64,000 bases of DNA. Source: Camelus ferus. Taxonomy: Eukaryota. Position 1 is the stretch's first letter, and each line of letters starts with the position of its first letter. The stretch spans positions 110,672,001 to 110,736,000 of the forward strand of contig NC_045696.1 of NCBI RefSeq assembly GCF_009834535.1, read 5' to 3'. The notes under the pieces are model-generated. The model was not told the origin of the DNA and did no database searches. It saw only the letters and a list, made by a program, of their open reading frames with translations. Made by a program: the position numbers and the translations under genes. Below are positions 11,338-23,729 of this stretch, in pieces.

Positions 11338-13721
11338 ACCACCTCTCAAATAAATAACCTAACCTACCACTTAAAAGAATTAGAAAAAGAATAAACAAAA
11401 CCTAAAGTCAGAAGGAAGGAAATAATGAAGATCAGAGAGGAAACAAAAGAGATTAAAAAAAATAGGAAAAAAATCAGTAACAGAAGGACATGGTTTTTGG
11501 AAAGAGTAAACAAAATTGTCAACCTTTGGCTAGTCTCACAAAGAAAAGACAGAACCCAAATAAACAAAATAAGAAATGAAAGAGGACAAATTACAACCAG
11601 TACCACAGAAATACAAAAAAACCATAAGAGAACATTATGAACAATTTTATGCCAACAAATTGGATAACGTAAAAGAAACGGAAAATTTTCTAGAAACATA
11701 CAGCTCACAAAAACTGAATCAAGAAGAGGCAGATATTCTGAAAAGAGCAATCACCAGAAGTGAATAGAATCTGTAATGAAAGAAACTTCCTGCATACAAA
11801 AGTCCAGGACCAGATGGCTTACTGGGGAATTCTACCAAACATACAAAGAAGAACTTACACTGATCCTTCTCAAACTCTTTCAAAAGACTAAAGAGGAGAG
11901 AACACTCCCAGATTCATTCTATGAATCCACTATCACCCTACCAAAACCAAAGACACTAACAAAAAAGAAAATTACAGGCCAATATCTTTGATGAATATAG
12001 ATGCAAAAATTCTCAATAAAATATTAGGAAACAGAATCCAACAACGCATAAAAAAGATCATACACTATGTATGATCAAGTTGAATTCATCCCAGGGTCAC
12101 AAGGATGGTTCAACATATGCAAATCAATCATTGTGATATACCACACCAACAAAAGAAATGACAAAAACCATATGATCATCTCAATAGATGCAGAAAAAGG
12201 ACCTGATAACATTTCAACGTTCATTCCTATTTAAAAAAAAAAAAAAAAAACCCTCACCAAAATCAGTATAGAGGGAGCATATCTCAACATAATAAAAGCT
12301 ATTTATGACAAACCCACAGCCAACATAAAACTCAACAGCAAAAAGGTGAAAGCACTCCCGCTATAATCTGGAACAAGATAAGGATGTTCACTCTCACCAC
12401 TACTGTTCAGCATAGTATCGGAAGTCCTAGCCATAGCAATCGGACAAGAAAAATAAATACAATGTATCTAAATTGAAAGAGAAGAGGTAAAACTATCACT
12501 ATCTGCAGATGACATGATAGTCTATATAGAAAACTCTAAAGACTCTACATAAAAACTACTAGAACTGATGAACAAATTCAGCAAGGTAGCAGAATACAAG
12601 ATTAATATACATAAATCTGTTGCTTGCCTTTCCACTAACAATGAAATATCAGAAAGGAAAGTAAAAAAGTTATCCCTTTTAAAACTGCATCAAAAAAAAA
12701 TTCTTAGGAATAAACTTGACTGCAACAGGGAAAACTTATACGCTGTCAACTATAAAACATTGATAAAGGAAATAAAGATCATTTAAAGATATGGAAAGAT
12801 ACTCCATACTCTTGGATTGTAAAATAGCCATACTACCCAAAGCAATCTACAGATTTAATGCGATTCCTATCAAATTCCCAGGACATTTTTCACAGAACTA
12901 GAATAACCCTGAAATTTATATGGAATCACAAAGGACCCAGAATTGCCAAATCAATCCTGAGGAAGAATAATAAAGCTGGGCATAACTCTCCCAGACTTCA
13001 GACAATACTACAAAGCTAACAAAACAGCATGGTGCTGGCACAAACAAAAGACATGGATCAACAGAACAGAATAGAGATCCCGGAAATAAACCCACACACA
13101 TAGTCAATTAATCTTTGACAAAGGAGGCAAGAATATACAATGGAAAAAAGACAGCCTATTTGGTAAGTGGTTTGGGGAAAGTTGGACAGCCACATGTAAA
13201 TCAATGAAGCTACAACACTCCCTCACACCAGACACAAAAATAAACTCAAAATGGCTTAAAGACTTAAATATAAGACAGGACACTATAAAACTCCTAGAAG
13301 AGAACACAGGCAAAACATTCTCTGACATAGATCATATTAATGTTTTCCTAAGTTAGTCTCCCAAGGAAATAGAAATAAAAGTAAAAATAAACAAATGGTA
13401 CTTAATCAAAGGTACTTAATTAAATGTATAAACCTTTGCACAGCAAAGAAAACCATGAACAAAAAGGCAATCTAATGACTGGGAGAAAATATCTGCAAAC
13501 AATGTGACCCAAAGGGCTTATTCCAGAATATGAAAACAACTCATACAACTCAACAACAGCAATAACTACAAAAATCCCAGCAATTAAAAAAATGGGCAGA
13601 AGACCTTACCAGACATTTCTCCAAAGAAGAAAGACATACAGATGGTTAACAGGCACATGAAAAGATACTCTACACTGATAATTAGCCTAAAACTACTCTA
13701 AAAATAAAGTCTGTTAAAAAA

Positions 13722-13879
13722 CATTTACAGAAACCAAGTCATTTAATATGTAGCCTTACGTGTCCTTACATGTCTTGCTTATTTTACTTATTACATGTGT
13801 TTAAGGTTTAGTTCTTTTTACTGCTGAGGACTATTCAACTGAATGGATATATAACACTTTTGTCTATTGAAAACCACCG

Positions 13880-13975
<96 letters not shown>

Positions 13976-14650
13976 TAGATAGACAGACAGATAGATAGAC
14001 AGACAGACAGACAGATAGATAGATAGATAGACAGACAGATAGATAGATAGACAGACAGATAGATAATTTCATATGGATTCCTTCTAGTTTGGCTATTTTA
14101 AGTAATGTTATTACCAAATTCACCTGCAAGTCTTTGTGTGGACACATGCTTTCATTCTCTTTGGTAGACAGTTAGGGGCACAATTGCTGGGTCACATGAT
14201 AGCTGTATGTTTAATTTTTCAGGAAACTTGTCAAACCATTTTTCACACCAGTTCTATTATTTTACATTACAACCAGAAATATATGAGTTTCAGTTTCGCC
14301 ACACCCTTGCCAAAAACTGAAACTGCAAGTCTTTCTGATGTTATCCATTTTAGTCGATATGCAGTAGTTTTAATTTTCTTTTCTCTAATGACTCATTATT
14401 TTTCATATGTGGCTTTTTTTTTTAAATCATTCAGATATCTTCTCTGGTGAGGTGTCTATGAATCTTTTGTCAGTTTAGCATTTGGTTTTTGGTTTTCCAG
14501 TGTTGAGTTATAAGAGTTCTTTGTATATTCTAGATGCAAGTCTTTTATCAGCTCTATGTTTTCCAAATATCTTCTTCCTGTTGGTGGTTTGCTATTTCCT
14601 TTTCTTAATGGTGTCAAGTTTTAGTCTAACTTAGTCTAACTAATCAATTT
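13722..14650 (-). mobile_element. Ancient L1 (L1ME-like), right part, containing the GATA/GACA microsatellite
   Basis: Antisense L1 motifs (tttggctatt, caattgctgggtcacatg, gagttctttgtatattctagat). Confidence 0.7.
13881..14064. repeat. Compound tetranucleotide microsatellite (GATA)n/(GACA)n
   Basis: ~180 bp of directly visible alternating AGAT and AGAC blocks. Confidence 0.98.
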
Positions 14651-15439
14651 TTTCCTCTTATTCAGGACAGGAGAAAATATAACCTTTTACTCAAGATGCT
14701 GTTCTTGTTGACTTTAGATCAAAAACTTTCTATGGGAAGAAACAGTTACTGGACATACTACAGAAAATGAAAACACTTCAACAAAGTTGTACTGCAGACA
14801 GTGGTAAAACTGCCAGACTGTTTCAACTACCTTAAAAACGGATTTGCTCTCAGTCCATTTAAAACAGGATGGGAGAACTGCCTGGAAGGTAAAAACTGCC
14901 CACTCCATGATAATGGCTTAGTAAAAGAAGTCAGATTCATCCATGATAGGACAGCATTATAAGTGGGTTTAACTTACAGGAGTTCATGAGCTACAGCATC
15001 TCACAGATATTTGTACCAACGGCCAAGTCACAGTAATATAAAAATATGCAGGCATATTCCACTGGAAAATTAGTAACCAGCCTAACAGTACTAACTTTTA
15101 AAAATCTTTGAGTATATTTATTTTAAAGTAACTTGCCATTATCGACAATTTAAGAATGACAATGAAAGGTGCTATTTTAAAATATTTTAAAAACATAAGT
15201 TTGAGAAACATACTTCATTTTCAGCCTTTCACTTAAAATCAAGTAATCATTTTTATAGTCTTTAGAAATTTAAAAACTAAATGAAGGTTATTTTAAATAT
15301 GCAACAAAATAAAGTTGTCTTTTCCTAAGTTACATAATTCTAAAGTTCTAAATTATAAATCCTTGTTTTTCCTCTTTGATGAACTACTTTGCCTTGCATA
15401 TACTGGGATTTCAAAAGCTAGATGAATTAAAAAAAATAC

Positions 15440-15531
15440 CTCTCTGTTGAAGAGTATTTCCGTATTTGCCCTTTTATAAATTCAATACTAAAAAGTTGTG
15501 GATTTTCCGAGTCACAAACCAATGCAAATAC
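15440..15531 (-). CDS. DNAJC13: DNAJC13 exon 9
   Basis: CCTTAG| ... AG|GTATTT; 92 nt; [30 protein letters not shown](R). Confidence 0.96.
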
Positions 15532-15909
15532 CTAAGGAAAACAAAAACTAAATTCAATGAAAGATGTTTAGTTTTATGGTATTTCCTTAGAAAAATTACA
15601 TACCATCATTTAGCTGACAAAAGTAGTTTAAAATGTAACTTGTTTATAATATCAGAATTTAAGAGCTTTTTAAAAGTCTCATTCAAATTTTCATATAATT
15701 ACTGAATAAAAAGTTTCATTCATTGTATATTTGAACAAAAATTTTGTAACATTCATTGTTCTAAGATCAATAAATACAATAATGTGAAGAATTAAATACA
15801 GATTCTTTGTTTCCCATTCCTTAGGCATGAAAAATATTAAAACAAAGAATACTATTCTAATTTATCAATAGGAAGAAATCTCATTTAACGTAATATTGCT
15901 GAAACTTAC

Positions 15910-16005
15910 TTCTCCTAATGGCTTCAATGTTGCAATATTATAGGTTGCTGGATCACGTTCTACTAAACATGTTTCTGTAAGTGCTAGAATTCTTTTTACA
16001 GGTTC
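15910..16005 (-). CDS. DNAJC13: DNAJC13 exon 8
   Basis: TTTGAAG| ... GAA|GTAAGT; 96 nt; [32 protein letters not shown]. Confidence 0.96.
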
Positions 16006-16098
16006 CTTCAAACAAAATTGATACGTATTAAAAAGTTATTGAAGAAAAATGTCAGAATTAGATGAACAACTTTTTTATTTTTAACACATGGATCTTAC

Positions 16099-16305
16099 CG
16101 AATGTCTAGGTGATATTTTTTGGACTACAAACTCTGCTAAAGATGTGATGGATTCATCAGTGCTGTATTTCCCAAAGCGAAGATTCAAATATTGCTCAAA
16201 TTCTAAAGGTTCTTTTCTGATCCGCAATGAAATACCTATGTAGTTGCCAGCATGATCTATCGCACTTTTGATAATTTCTTCTCTTTGCTCTGATGCAAAT
16301 AAATG
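16099..16305 (-). CDS. DNAJC13: DNAJC13 exon 7
   Basis: GTGCAG| ... TCG|GTAAGA; 207 nt; [24 protein letters not shown]...QKISPRHS. Confidence 0.97.
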
Positions 16306-18164
16306 CTGCACAAATTTTGAAATTTACAAAGTCAGGGTTGAAATAACTAAAATGTGACCATATTGAATCAACTCACAGTAAAGAGACTGAAGGAGCAATT
16401 CTAGTTAAAAAAAAAAAAGAAGGTAGATCTTATCAGAAGTAAATTAGTAGTGTATGTGGCTGAAACACTATTTCTAAATTAAAATCACAAAGTCTGGGAT
16501 AGCAAGCCTTGCAAATAATCACTGAATGGAAATTAACTCATAACTTCTCAGAGTCTGGTTCTCATTACTGTGTGGAAACAGCACTCTGGGGCTTCCAAGA
16601 GAGGCCCCAAGGGCCCCAGCCAAGTCCAGTTAGGGTGGTAGGTACTATGTGGGCAGGATTCCCAGTTTCAACTAAGGTAGTTCTGACTTCATCTGTTTTT
16701 ATACAGTGAGCTTTTTTTACAAGATTACCTTGAGGAACATTTCAATGTTTACAAGTCATTTGCCTATGAATATTACAAACCAACCTCCAGGAGTGTATCC
16801 ACAAAGGTTAAGGATGAGGTATTGGTACTTGCATTTGGTACCTGGAAGCCAGAAATGCTTACTGTCCTGCAAAGGGCAGGGCAGGAGAGTCCCACACAAG
16901 AAAAAACTGTCATACCTGTCATACCTGTCATAAACTGTCACACCTAGAATGCCATTAGCACCTCTGCTGAGAAACACTGAATCAGATCTTGATTTTATTC
17001 TCAGCAGCTTACTGTCATCACTATGTATGCAGAAGGTACCAGGTTTGTTGAATTAATCCATCATGGTTTCATATCTGTAGTGAATTGACTCATTTTAGCT
17101 AGTGTCTTTTTAAAGGCAGAGAGTATGCTTATAAAGTGAGATGATTATTAAAACTGCTTGATGCCATCAAGCAATAAAAAATGTTAGCAACTGAGGAGTA
17201 TCACAATTCTCAGCCTTAATGTTTTACCTTATGCACTGTAAGGCTTGGCTGAAGTACTGCGAAAAAGTTACTCTGTTAAGGTCTGTGAGGCCATATTCCT
17301 GTAATTAAGTATGATTTCCACCAAAGGGTTAATCATAGATTTCCACCACCCAGGGAAGAGACAAACCTTTGGACACCACTATGAAAGCAGGCTTTAGGCT
17401 GATTTAGGGTGGGAGAAAGAACAGATTTTCTCTTTGGGCCTTCATCTTTTGGGGCTAGACTCAGAGGCTGCAAAATATCTACATGTGTATTCCTGGATGA
17501 GGGACACTGGGATGGTACCCATCATCACCTGGGTAAAGAGAGAAATCTAGGTTGGGAAAAGGCCTATAACTTTGAAGAGCTAAAATATTTTGTAGTCAGA
17601 TTATTCATACCCCGCATCATTCTTTTTGCTTCCCTTTTGCTGCCCTCTAGCTCCTTGTAAGACTAAAAGACTTGCCTTGGCTCTGCTACTCAGGTATGGA
17701 TAATTTATCTACAGAACAATTAATCTTGCAATAGTGTTCCCAGGAAATTAAGGTAGCTACAGGATTTAAAATTCTCAAGGAGAAAGGATTCTTGAGAGTA
17801 AGTTCAGCTGAGTCTCTTCATGTGGACACACTCATGCTCATCTTTGAGATGTGGGGTTTAATTAAGGAAGGCAAGATGTTCCTCGTAAAAATAAAAGATG
17901 ATCACCATCTACAGCTCAACTTCTATGCCAATTAACAAACAGGGTCCCAGCATCTTAAGTGGCTTCTGCTGTACCCCACAATTTCCATATAATTCAGAAT
18001 TTCAAGACAAAAACATGCAATGAATTCCAAATTTGAAGTTGCAATGAATATGCAGATTTCTGGGCAAAGGAAAGACGACTATTTAAAAAAAAGATTTTAA
18101 ATTACTTTTTCAAAGAAAGCTTTCATGTAAGACATTAATACTAACAAAAATAAAACCGTAACTA

Positions 18165-18350
18165 CCACTTATTAAATATTAAGCCACACACTGTGCTAAT
18201 AAGCATTTTATAATTACCTCACCCATTCCAAAACAAAAACAAAAACCCTATTTCATGCATGGTACTCTCCTCATTTTAGAGACCTGCAAATTGAGATTCA
18301 AGCTCAGGTCTCTGATACCAAAGCCTGCACTCTTAATACCAAACTTCCTC
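18165..18350 (-). mobile_element. MIR SINE (degenerate)
   Basis: Antisense MIR motifs (cacttattaaa...ctgtgctaataagcatttta...ctcctcattttagag). Confidence 0.55.
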
Positions 18351-18439
18351 CCAGAGGACTCACAAGACATTTCAAAATGAGGTGTAAAAACTGTGCTTTC
18401 CTTCAAATGGTTGTGTCCCTTTTCAAAAACACTACTTAC

Positions 18440-18640
18440 CAATCTACTAAATCCTCCATAAAGTATACAAAACCCTCCTTGATAATCAGAGAGATCTACA
18501 AAACCTTCAATATTTCTATAGTCGTAGGAACAGAGGACTCTGTTGGTTGCAGGATTGATTTGGTCAAAGCCTCCTGGAGTTACTTCCAAAATGACAGGTT
18601 TTCTTACATCACTCCAGTGATGCTTATAGCAATTATATCT
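18440..18640 (-). CDS. DNAJC13: DNAJC13 exon 6
   Basis: CCCTAG| ... TTG|GTAAGT; 201 nt; [67 protein letters not shown]. Confidence 0.97.
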
Positions 18641-18902
18641 CTAGGGAGAGAGAGAGAATAATACTTTTAGATTCTAGATATTTTAGATTCATATTTAAAT
18701 TTACCATAAGATATAGTTACATTTAATGTATCAGTCACTGCTGAAACAACCAAAAAGCTAAACAATGTTATAAATATTTAGAGCTACTATCCAAGTTGTT
18801 AAAAACATTTTTATTTTAGCCATTTGGAGGTTTGTGTTTATTCAATTAAGAATGTTCACACTGTCTGAAGACAGTATATCTTTTTTAAATTAACAAAGTT
18901 TT

Positions 18903-19080
18903 GGGGGGAAGGGTACATTTTGGTGGTAGAGTGCGTGCTTAGCACGTACGAGGTCCTGGTCAAACTCCAGTATCTTCATTAAAAATAAATAAATAAATAA
19001 ATAAATAAACAAACAAACAACAAACAAACAAACAAACAAACTGAATCTCCCCACCCCAATAAACAAATAAATAAGATAAA
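18903..19080 (+). mobile_element. tRNA-Ala-derived SINE (vic-1-like)
   Basis: tRNA-like head and (TAAA)/(CAAA) tail; TSD aaattaacaaagttttgg / aaattaacaaaggtttgg. Confidence 0.88.
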
Positions 19081-21488
19081 TTAACAAAGGTTTGGGTTAC
19101 AATATTTTGGGAAATAATTTTAAGTTACACATATGCAAATCCATAAAAAAATTTTTTTAAAGGCAAATCCTAAATACATGTGTTGTCCTGAGTTTTATTA
19201 GGGAAAAGATTTCAACTTTCGTTGATGGATCCTTTTAATCAAGTTAGCTATGGAAAAGAGCTAAGGTCACATCAGGACTGCTACAGTCTTCAATTTAAAC
19301 AACCCAAGCCATTTCAGTACATTAATGTAGAGTTTCTTTCTATACATACCAAAAAACTGAAGCCTCAGTTTGACCCTAGGTTTTTCTAATCACACCAATG
19401 GAAAGTTATCTTTAGAAATTTGATTACTTGCATTTACAAGTAAAGTTCCATTTAGATAATACTCCTTTGTAAATTAAAGTATTAGTATTAAAAGTAATTA
19501 CAATGGTCAACATCCATTTACTACTCAGTTTTATTCCTAAAAAGAAAAAAAAATGTTTAGTTCAGGCTGCTAACTAAAATGATGTGTACAGAATAATTTA
19601 AAATAAAGGCAAAAGGAAGCAAGAAAAAATAAAGATAACAAAATGTCAGATATGAAATGAACACTTCCTTGTCCACCGAAAAAGTCCAAAAGTTTTCTCA
19701 TCATCAATATGAAAAGAAACACATGGTCAGTTATATAATTCTTAAGGTAAAAATAAATTGGATGTTGCTGAAGAGTACTATCTCTAATACTGAAATAAGA
19801 GATTCTTGTAAGTGTTCAGAAAGACACTAAGGCATTAAACAAAAAACACCTCCACTAACACTCCAACACTGAACCAGCAATGAGCTCCATTAAGATCGTA
19901 CCACGTCAATCCTCTCAGCACTGCGGACCTACAGCATCATGCACATTATGGTTTCATTAAAGGAATGCTGCAGAAAGACAAAGGGCCTGCATTAACACAA
20001 GAGCATATTTAGAGCTTTGATTCTAAATTAAAGGATGGAGCAGTGCCACACCCCTAAAGCAGGAGTCGGGGGGATAGAAGGGAAGCCATAAAAATGGTGC
20101 CTTCCCCAGCTATGCCTGTTTATATGCCCCTAGCCCACTCTGCAGGCTATTTCCCATTCCTCCCAGCTGATAACCACCTGTGAAGTAATTAAGATTTGCC
20201 AATGGAGACACATCGCTGTCCTTCAGGATCGTGGGTGCCGCCGAGACAGACGTGCAAGACCCTGATTTAGAGTGCAACTAGGGGGAATGGGGGGCCCGAG
20301 GCCAAAATCAACTTATGTAAGAGTGCTGCCCTTCAGACAACCCTCTAGGGACACTGCTTCCACCACAAAGCTCTGAAAAGTTTTAAATTGTTGAAGTTAA
20401 CTGATACAAAGAGGAGCTTATAAGCAAAATCTGTAAGTATGCTTTTGGAAGCTGTTGTTTTCCAAACAGAAGAGAGATACAGAAAACTCAGCCATTAACA
20501 AAAAATAATTAAAATAAGCATACCAAATTATGATTTATAGAAAATCTGACTATGGCTTATCAGGATAAGAATCAAGCAGTTCACCAAATGCCATTAAGCT
20601 ATTTTAAATGGCTCCTGGGCAACCAGCCAATTGCTCGAGTTGAGATCAGTGAGGCTTCTGGGATACTAAAACAAGGAGCAGAACGTCCACAGAGAGGATG
20701 AGGGCTTCAACAAGACAGGGGCTCGGCGCTGCCAGCATATCAGAATTCAGTTCCTGCCTTTCGTCAGAAGCTAGGGTTCTGGACAATGCGATGAGTCTAA
20801 GCATTACTCTGTGTACCACCCCCCTGCCCCCATTATAAAAGCAACACCCTCTCATGGAAAGAAAGAAATTGATGAAATCAAGGGAATGAAAAAAGCAACA
20901 ACTCCCATTTCCCCTCCCCAGAAGGTCTTGATCTAGTTTAAATGCTGCTGTGACATGACTAGAGAAGGCTTGGGCAAGTTGATTCTAAAAAGCAACCATG
21001 ACGTCCTCAAAGCTGTCAGCGCACCAGGCAAAGCTTCATCACTGGCCAGATCCAGTGCAAGAACACACAAAGAGACAGTATCAATACACAAACCTTCTTA
21101 AAACTTTGTAATGCTTCTGAAATAGGAACCTCATACACCAAGCAACGACTGCATGTTCCAACAAGTATTATTAGCAGTGTGAAGCTTCTGCTACTGTTCG
21201 TAATACTGAATAAAGATTACCTAAATGATTTAAGTATTATTTTCAATGCTCCAGAGTTCTGCCTGAAGATTTTTTCCCCAACTATCAGCACTAACAGTCT
21301 TTAGTCTAATTACTCATATTTGAGTTTCCTGTTAAACTACATTCATCTATCACATGGCATCAGGAGACGTTAGAATTGTTTTTTCCCTCTTTAGCTTTGC
21401 CATAAAAGGAACACAGAGATCATGGAAGGATTTCTAAAGGCAACATTTGAACAAATAAAAATTGATATTAATAAAGTTAAATACTTGC

Positions 21489-21530
21489 CCTTCCTGTTAT
21501 TTTTCCTTCTGAAAAATCAGTTCTAAATCT
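21489..21530 (-). CDS. DNAJC13: DNAJC13 exon 5 (GC donor)
   Basis: TTTCAG| ... AGG|GCAAGT; 42 nt; RFRTDFSEGKITGR. Keeps frame with exon 6 only if the GC donor is used. Confidence 0.93.
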
Positions 21531-21956
21531 CTGAAAGAGAAAAACATAAACATAGTTTAACAACAGACTGGTAAGGAAGACTCACAGTTCAGTACTGTCT
21601 ATTCAAAGTAAGTAAAATCCCAACTTGGTAACCTTGAAATAAAAGGTTATAGTTTAAGGATATTCAATAAGAAGTATATGGCATTTTATTGAAAAACAGG
21701 AATAAATTAGACATACAACTGCTTTGCCATGTATAATGCATTTTAAAAGACTAAAAACTAGGAAATACAAAGCATTTTACAGAATTTCAGTAAGAAAAAA
21801 GTAGAAGTTTCAAAGTGCCAAGTTAAAGGTCAAGAAGAAAAAAATAAGCACACTAGGAACAGGGGCTTAGAACATTAATATCTGTACTTTAATGTAACTG
21901 TTTCAATAAAAAAGAGAAGAGATAAATTAAGTGTATTAACATGGAACAATTCTTAC

Positions 21957-22106
21957 CAATGCTTCTGTAAGAAGTTCTGTTCTGTGCTCTGTAGAAAATT
22001 TTAATGTTTCTGACTTTTTTCCACTGCCTTTACGAAATGTGAGGTTGAACTCTGTTCCTTGCCCTTTTCCAACAGGGCTGATGCTGCAAATGTCTCCATA
22101 AGGCCA
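21957..22106 (-). CDS. DNAJC13: DNAJC13 exon 4
   Basis: TGTTAG| ... TTG|GTAAGA; 150 nt; [50 protein letters not shown]. Confidence 0.96.
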
Positions 22107-22322
22107 CTAACAATAAGAAAGGAATTCTTTCATCTGGTGTTACAATATATGAACAGCAACACTTATATTGACTACTTTACTTTCATAATCACTGATTAAA
22201 TGAGAAAATTTTACAAAACAGTAATGAAGTCTAGAAAATGTTTTTAATTGCGTTAATTCTGTAACACAAACTCTTTTAAACATTTTCAGTCATCAGAAGA
22301 CAATTTTAAAAAGTCCTGTCTT

Positions 22323-22457
22323 GGGGGAAGGGTATAGCTCAGTGGTAGAGTGTGCGCTTAGCATGCACAAGGTCCTGGGTTCGATCCCCAGTACCTCCAC
22401 TAATAAATAAATAAACCTAATTACCCCCTAAAAAAAAAACAAAAACAAATTAAAACC
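22323..22457 (+). mobile_element. tRNA-Ala-derived SINE (vic-1-like)
   Basis: gggggaagggtatagctcagtggtagag (A box) ... ggttcgatccc (B box), acctaattacccc core, A tail; TSD aaagtcctgtct / aaagtcctatct. Confidence 0.92.
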
Positions 22458-23052
22458 AAAGTCCTATCTGTATTCCAGTTTCAATGATTACTGACATTAA
22501 TCCAAAGCAATTAAAATACACAGACATGAAAAGAAGTGGGGAATAACATTTTATGATTACCTACAAATCTGTAAGAAACAACAAAAAAGGTTATCTACAA
22601 AACATGCCTAATTTAGAATTAAAGTAAACCAGAATATATTTAAAAATGTTCACTTATCCATGTTCAGATTAATCTTGCCTTTATAAACAGTAACTGTACT
22701 TTCACGACAAATATTTTCCAACTAGTCACTTGTGACTTATGCATCCCTGTATTATAGTAACAAAACTGCCTTTAAAATTATAAAGAACTAATTTACAAAT
22801 TTTACATTAAAAATATGGCTAAACTCAATAGTAAGATATCAAAACGTTTATACCCTTTAGAGCCTAGAAAAAAGCACACACATGCCCCCTTTATTTATTT
22901 ATGTTTGGTCCTGAACATTGAGAATTATATAAGTATATTAATCTTTTTCAGATTTGACATTTCTAACCTAAATACTGATTTCAGGCCAGTCATAACTTGG
23001 CTTTTAAAACTCAGAGTTCAAACAAACACCTAATAGCTTCTAAGATGATTAC

Positions 23053-23128
23053 CTGATTTGTTACTTCTAAGGTATTGGGATTATATGTAGTAACTGCATG
23101 GGTTCCAACTGAAAAGACACGCTTATAC
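23053..23128 (-). CDS. DNAJC13: DNAJC13 exon 3
   Basis: TTTGTAG| ... CAG|GTAATC; 76 nt; [25 protein letters not shown]. Confidence 0.96.
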
Positions 23129-23729
23129 CTACAAAGGAAGACAAGTATTTAAATTTAGTCCTAAATAAAAGAAACATTTTATAAGAAAATACATGTAACA
23201 CAAAAGGAACATTTCAACCAATAAACTGAAATGTATTGACTGATTGATGGTAACTAAATATAGCTTAGTTTTATATTCTCACATTTTTAATGTTCTACTG
23301 GTAATAAAACCCATCCACCACCCATTTTGCTGTGAAAGCATAATAAAATCCTTAAATAGAAAAGTATGACATATACAAACAACCTTGTGTTGTTAGTGTA
23401 CATGAAGTTAGCAAAGCACTGCCAGAGGATGCCAAAAGATTCTAAATGGGAAAACTTTATTAAAAAAAAAAAAAAAGTCACTGTACACTATGAATTCTTT
23501 CAAAATATCCTTTCAACAAGACCATGATGCAATGAAGGAAAAGCTATGGCCTACAACTGGTCCGTCACAGTCCTATTCTGGAATTTAAATTTCTATTTAA
23601 GCAGCTACCTACTAAATGTTGCAATTTTATAGAAATAGGAAGCCTACACCACAGACAAGCAATTTTCACTTCTCATTTCACTTTCTTCACTTAAAGCAAC
23701 AAATATATCTAAAGGAGAAAAACCATTTG

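Larger units (their letters stand above)
7229..13684 (+). mobile_element. Near-full-length degenerate LINE-1 (5'UTR, ORF1, ORF2; 3' end missing), antisense in DNAJC13 intron 9
   Basis: Begins GGAGAGATCAAGATGAC (typical L1 5' start) followed by a GC-rich 5'UTR. ORF1 remnants (TPIRLSADFSTETLQARREW); ORF2 start ATGGCAATA at 10064; RT-motif remnant SADDM ~12500; many stops and frameshifts. Confidence 0.93.

Noticed and set aside
13818..14147. 109-aa ORF with LSIY/LSVC repeats
   Set aside because: Translation of the GATA/GACA microsatellite.
22323..22398. Apparent tRNA-Ala(AGC) gene (also at ~30450, ~40989, ~18903)
   Set aside because: The tRNA-like head is followed by a shared non-tRNA core and A-rich tail, several copies have TSDs, and the copies are mutually diverged. 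These are SINEs, not tRNA genes.
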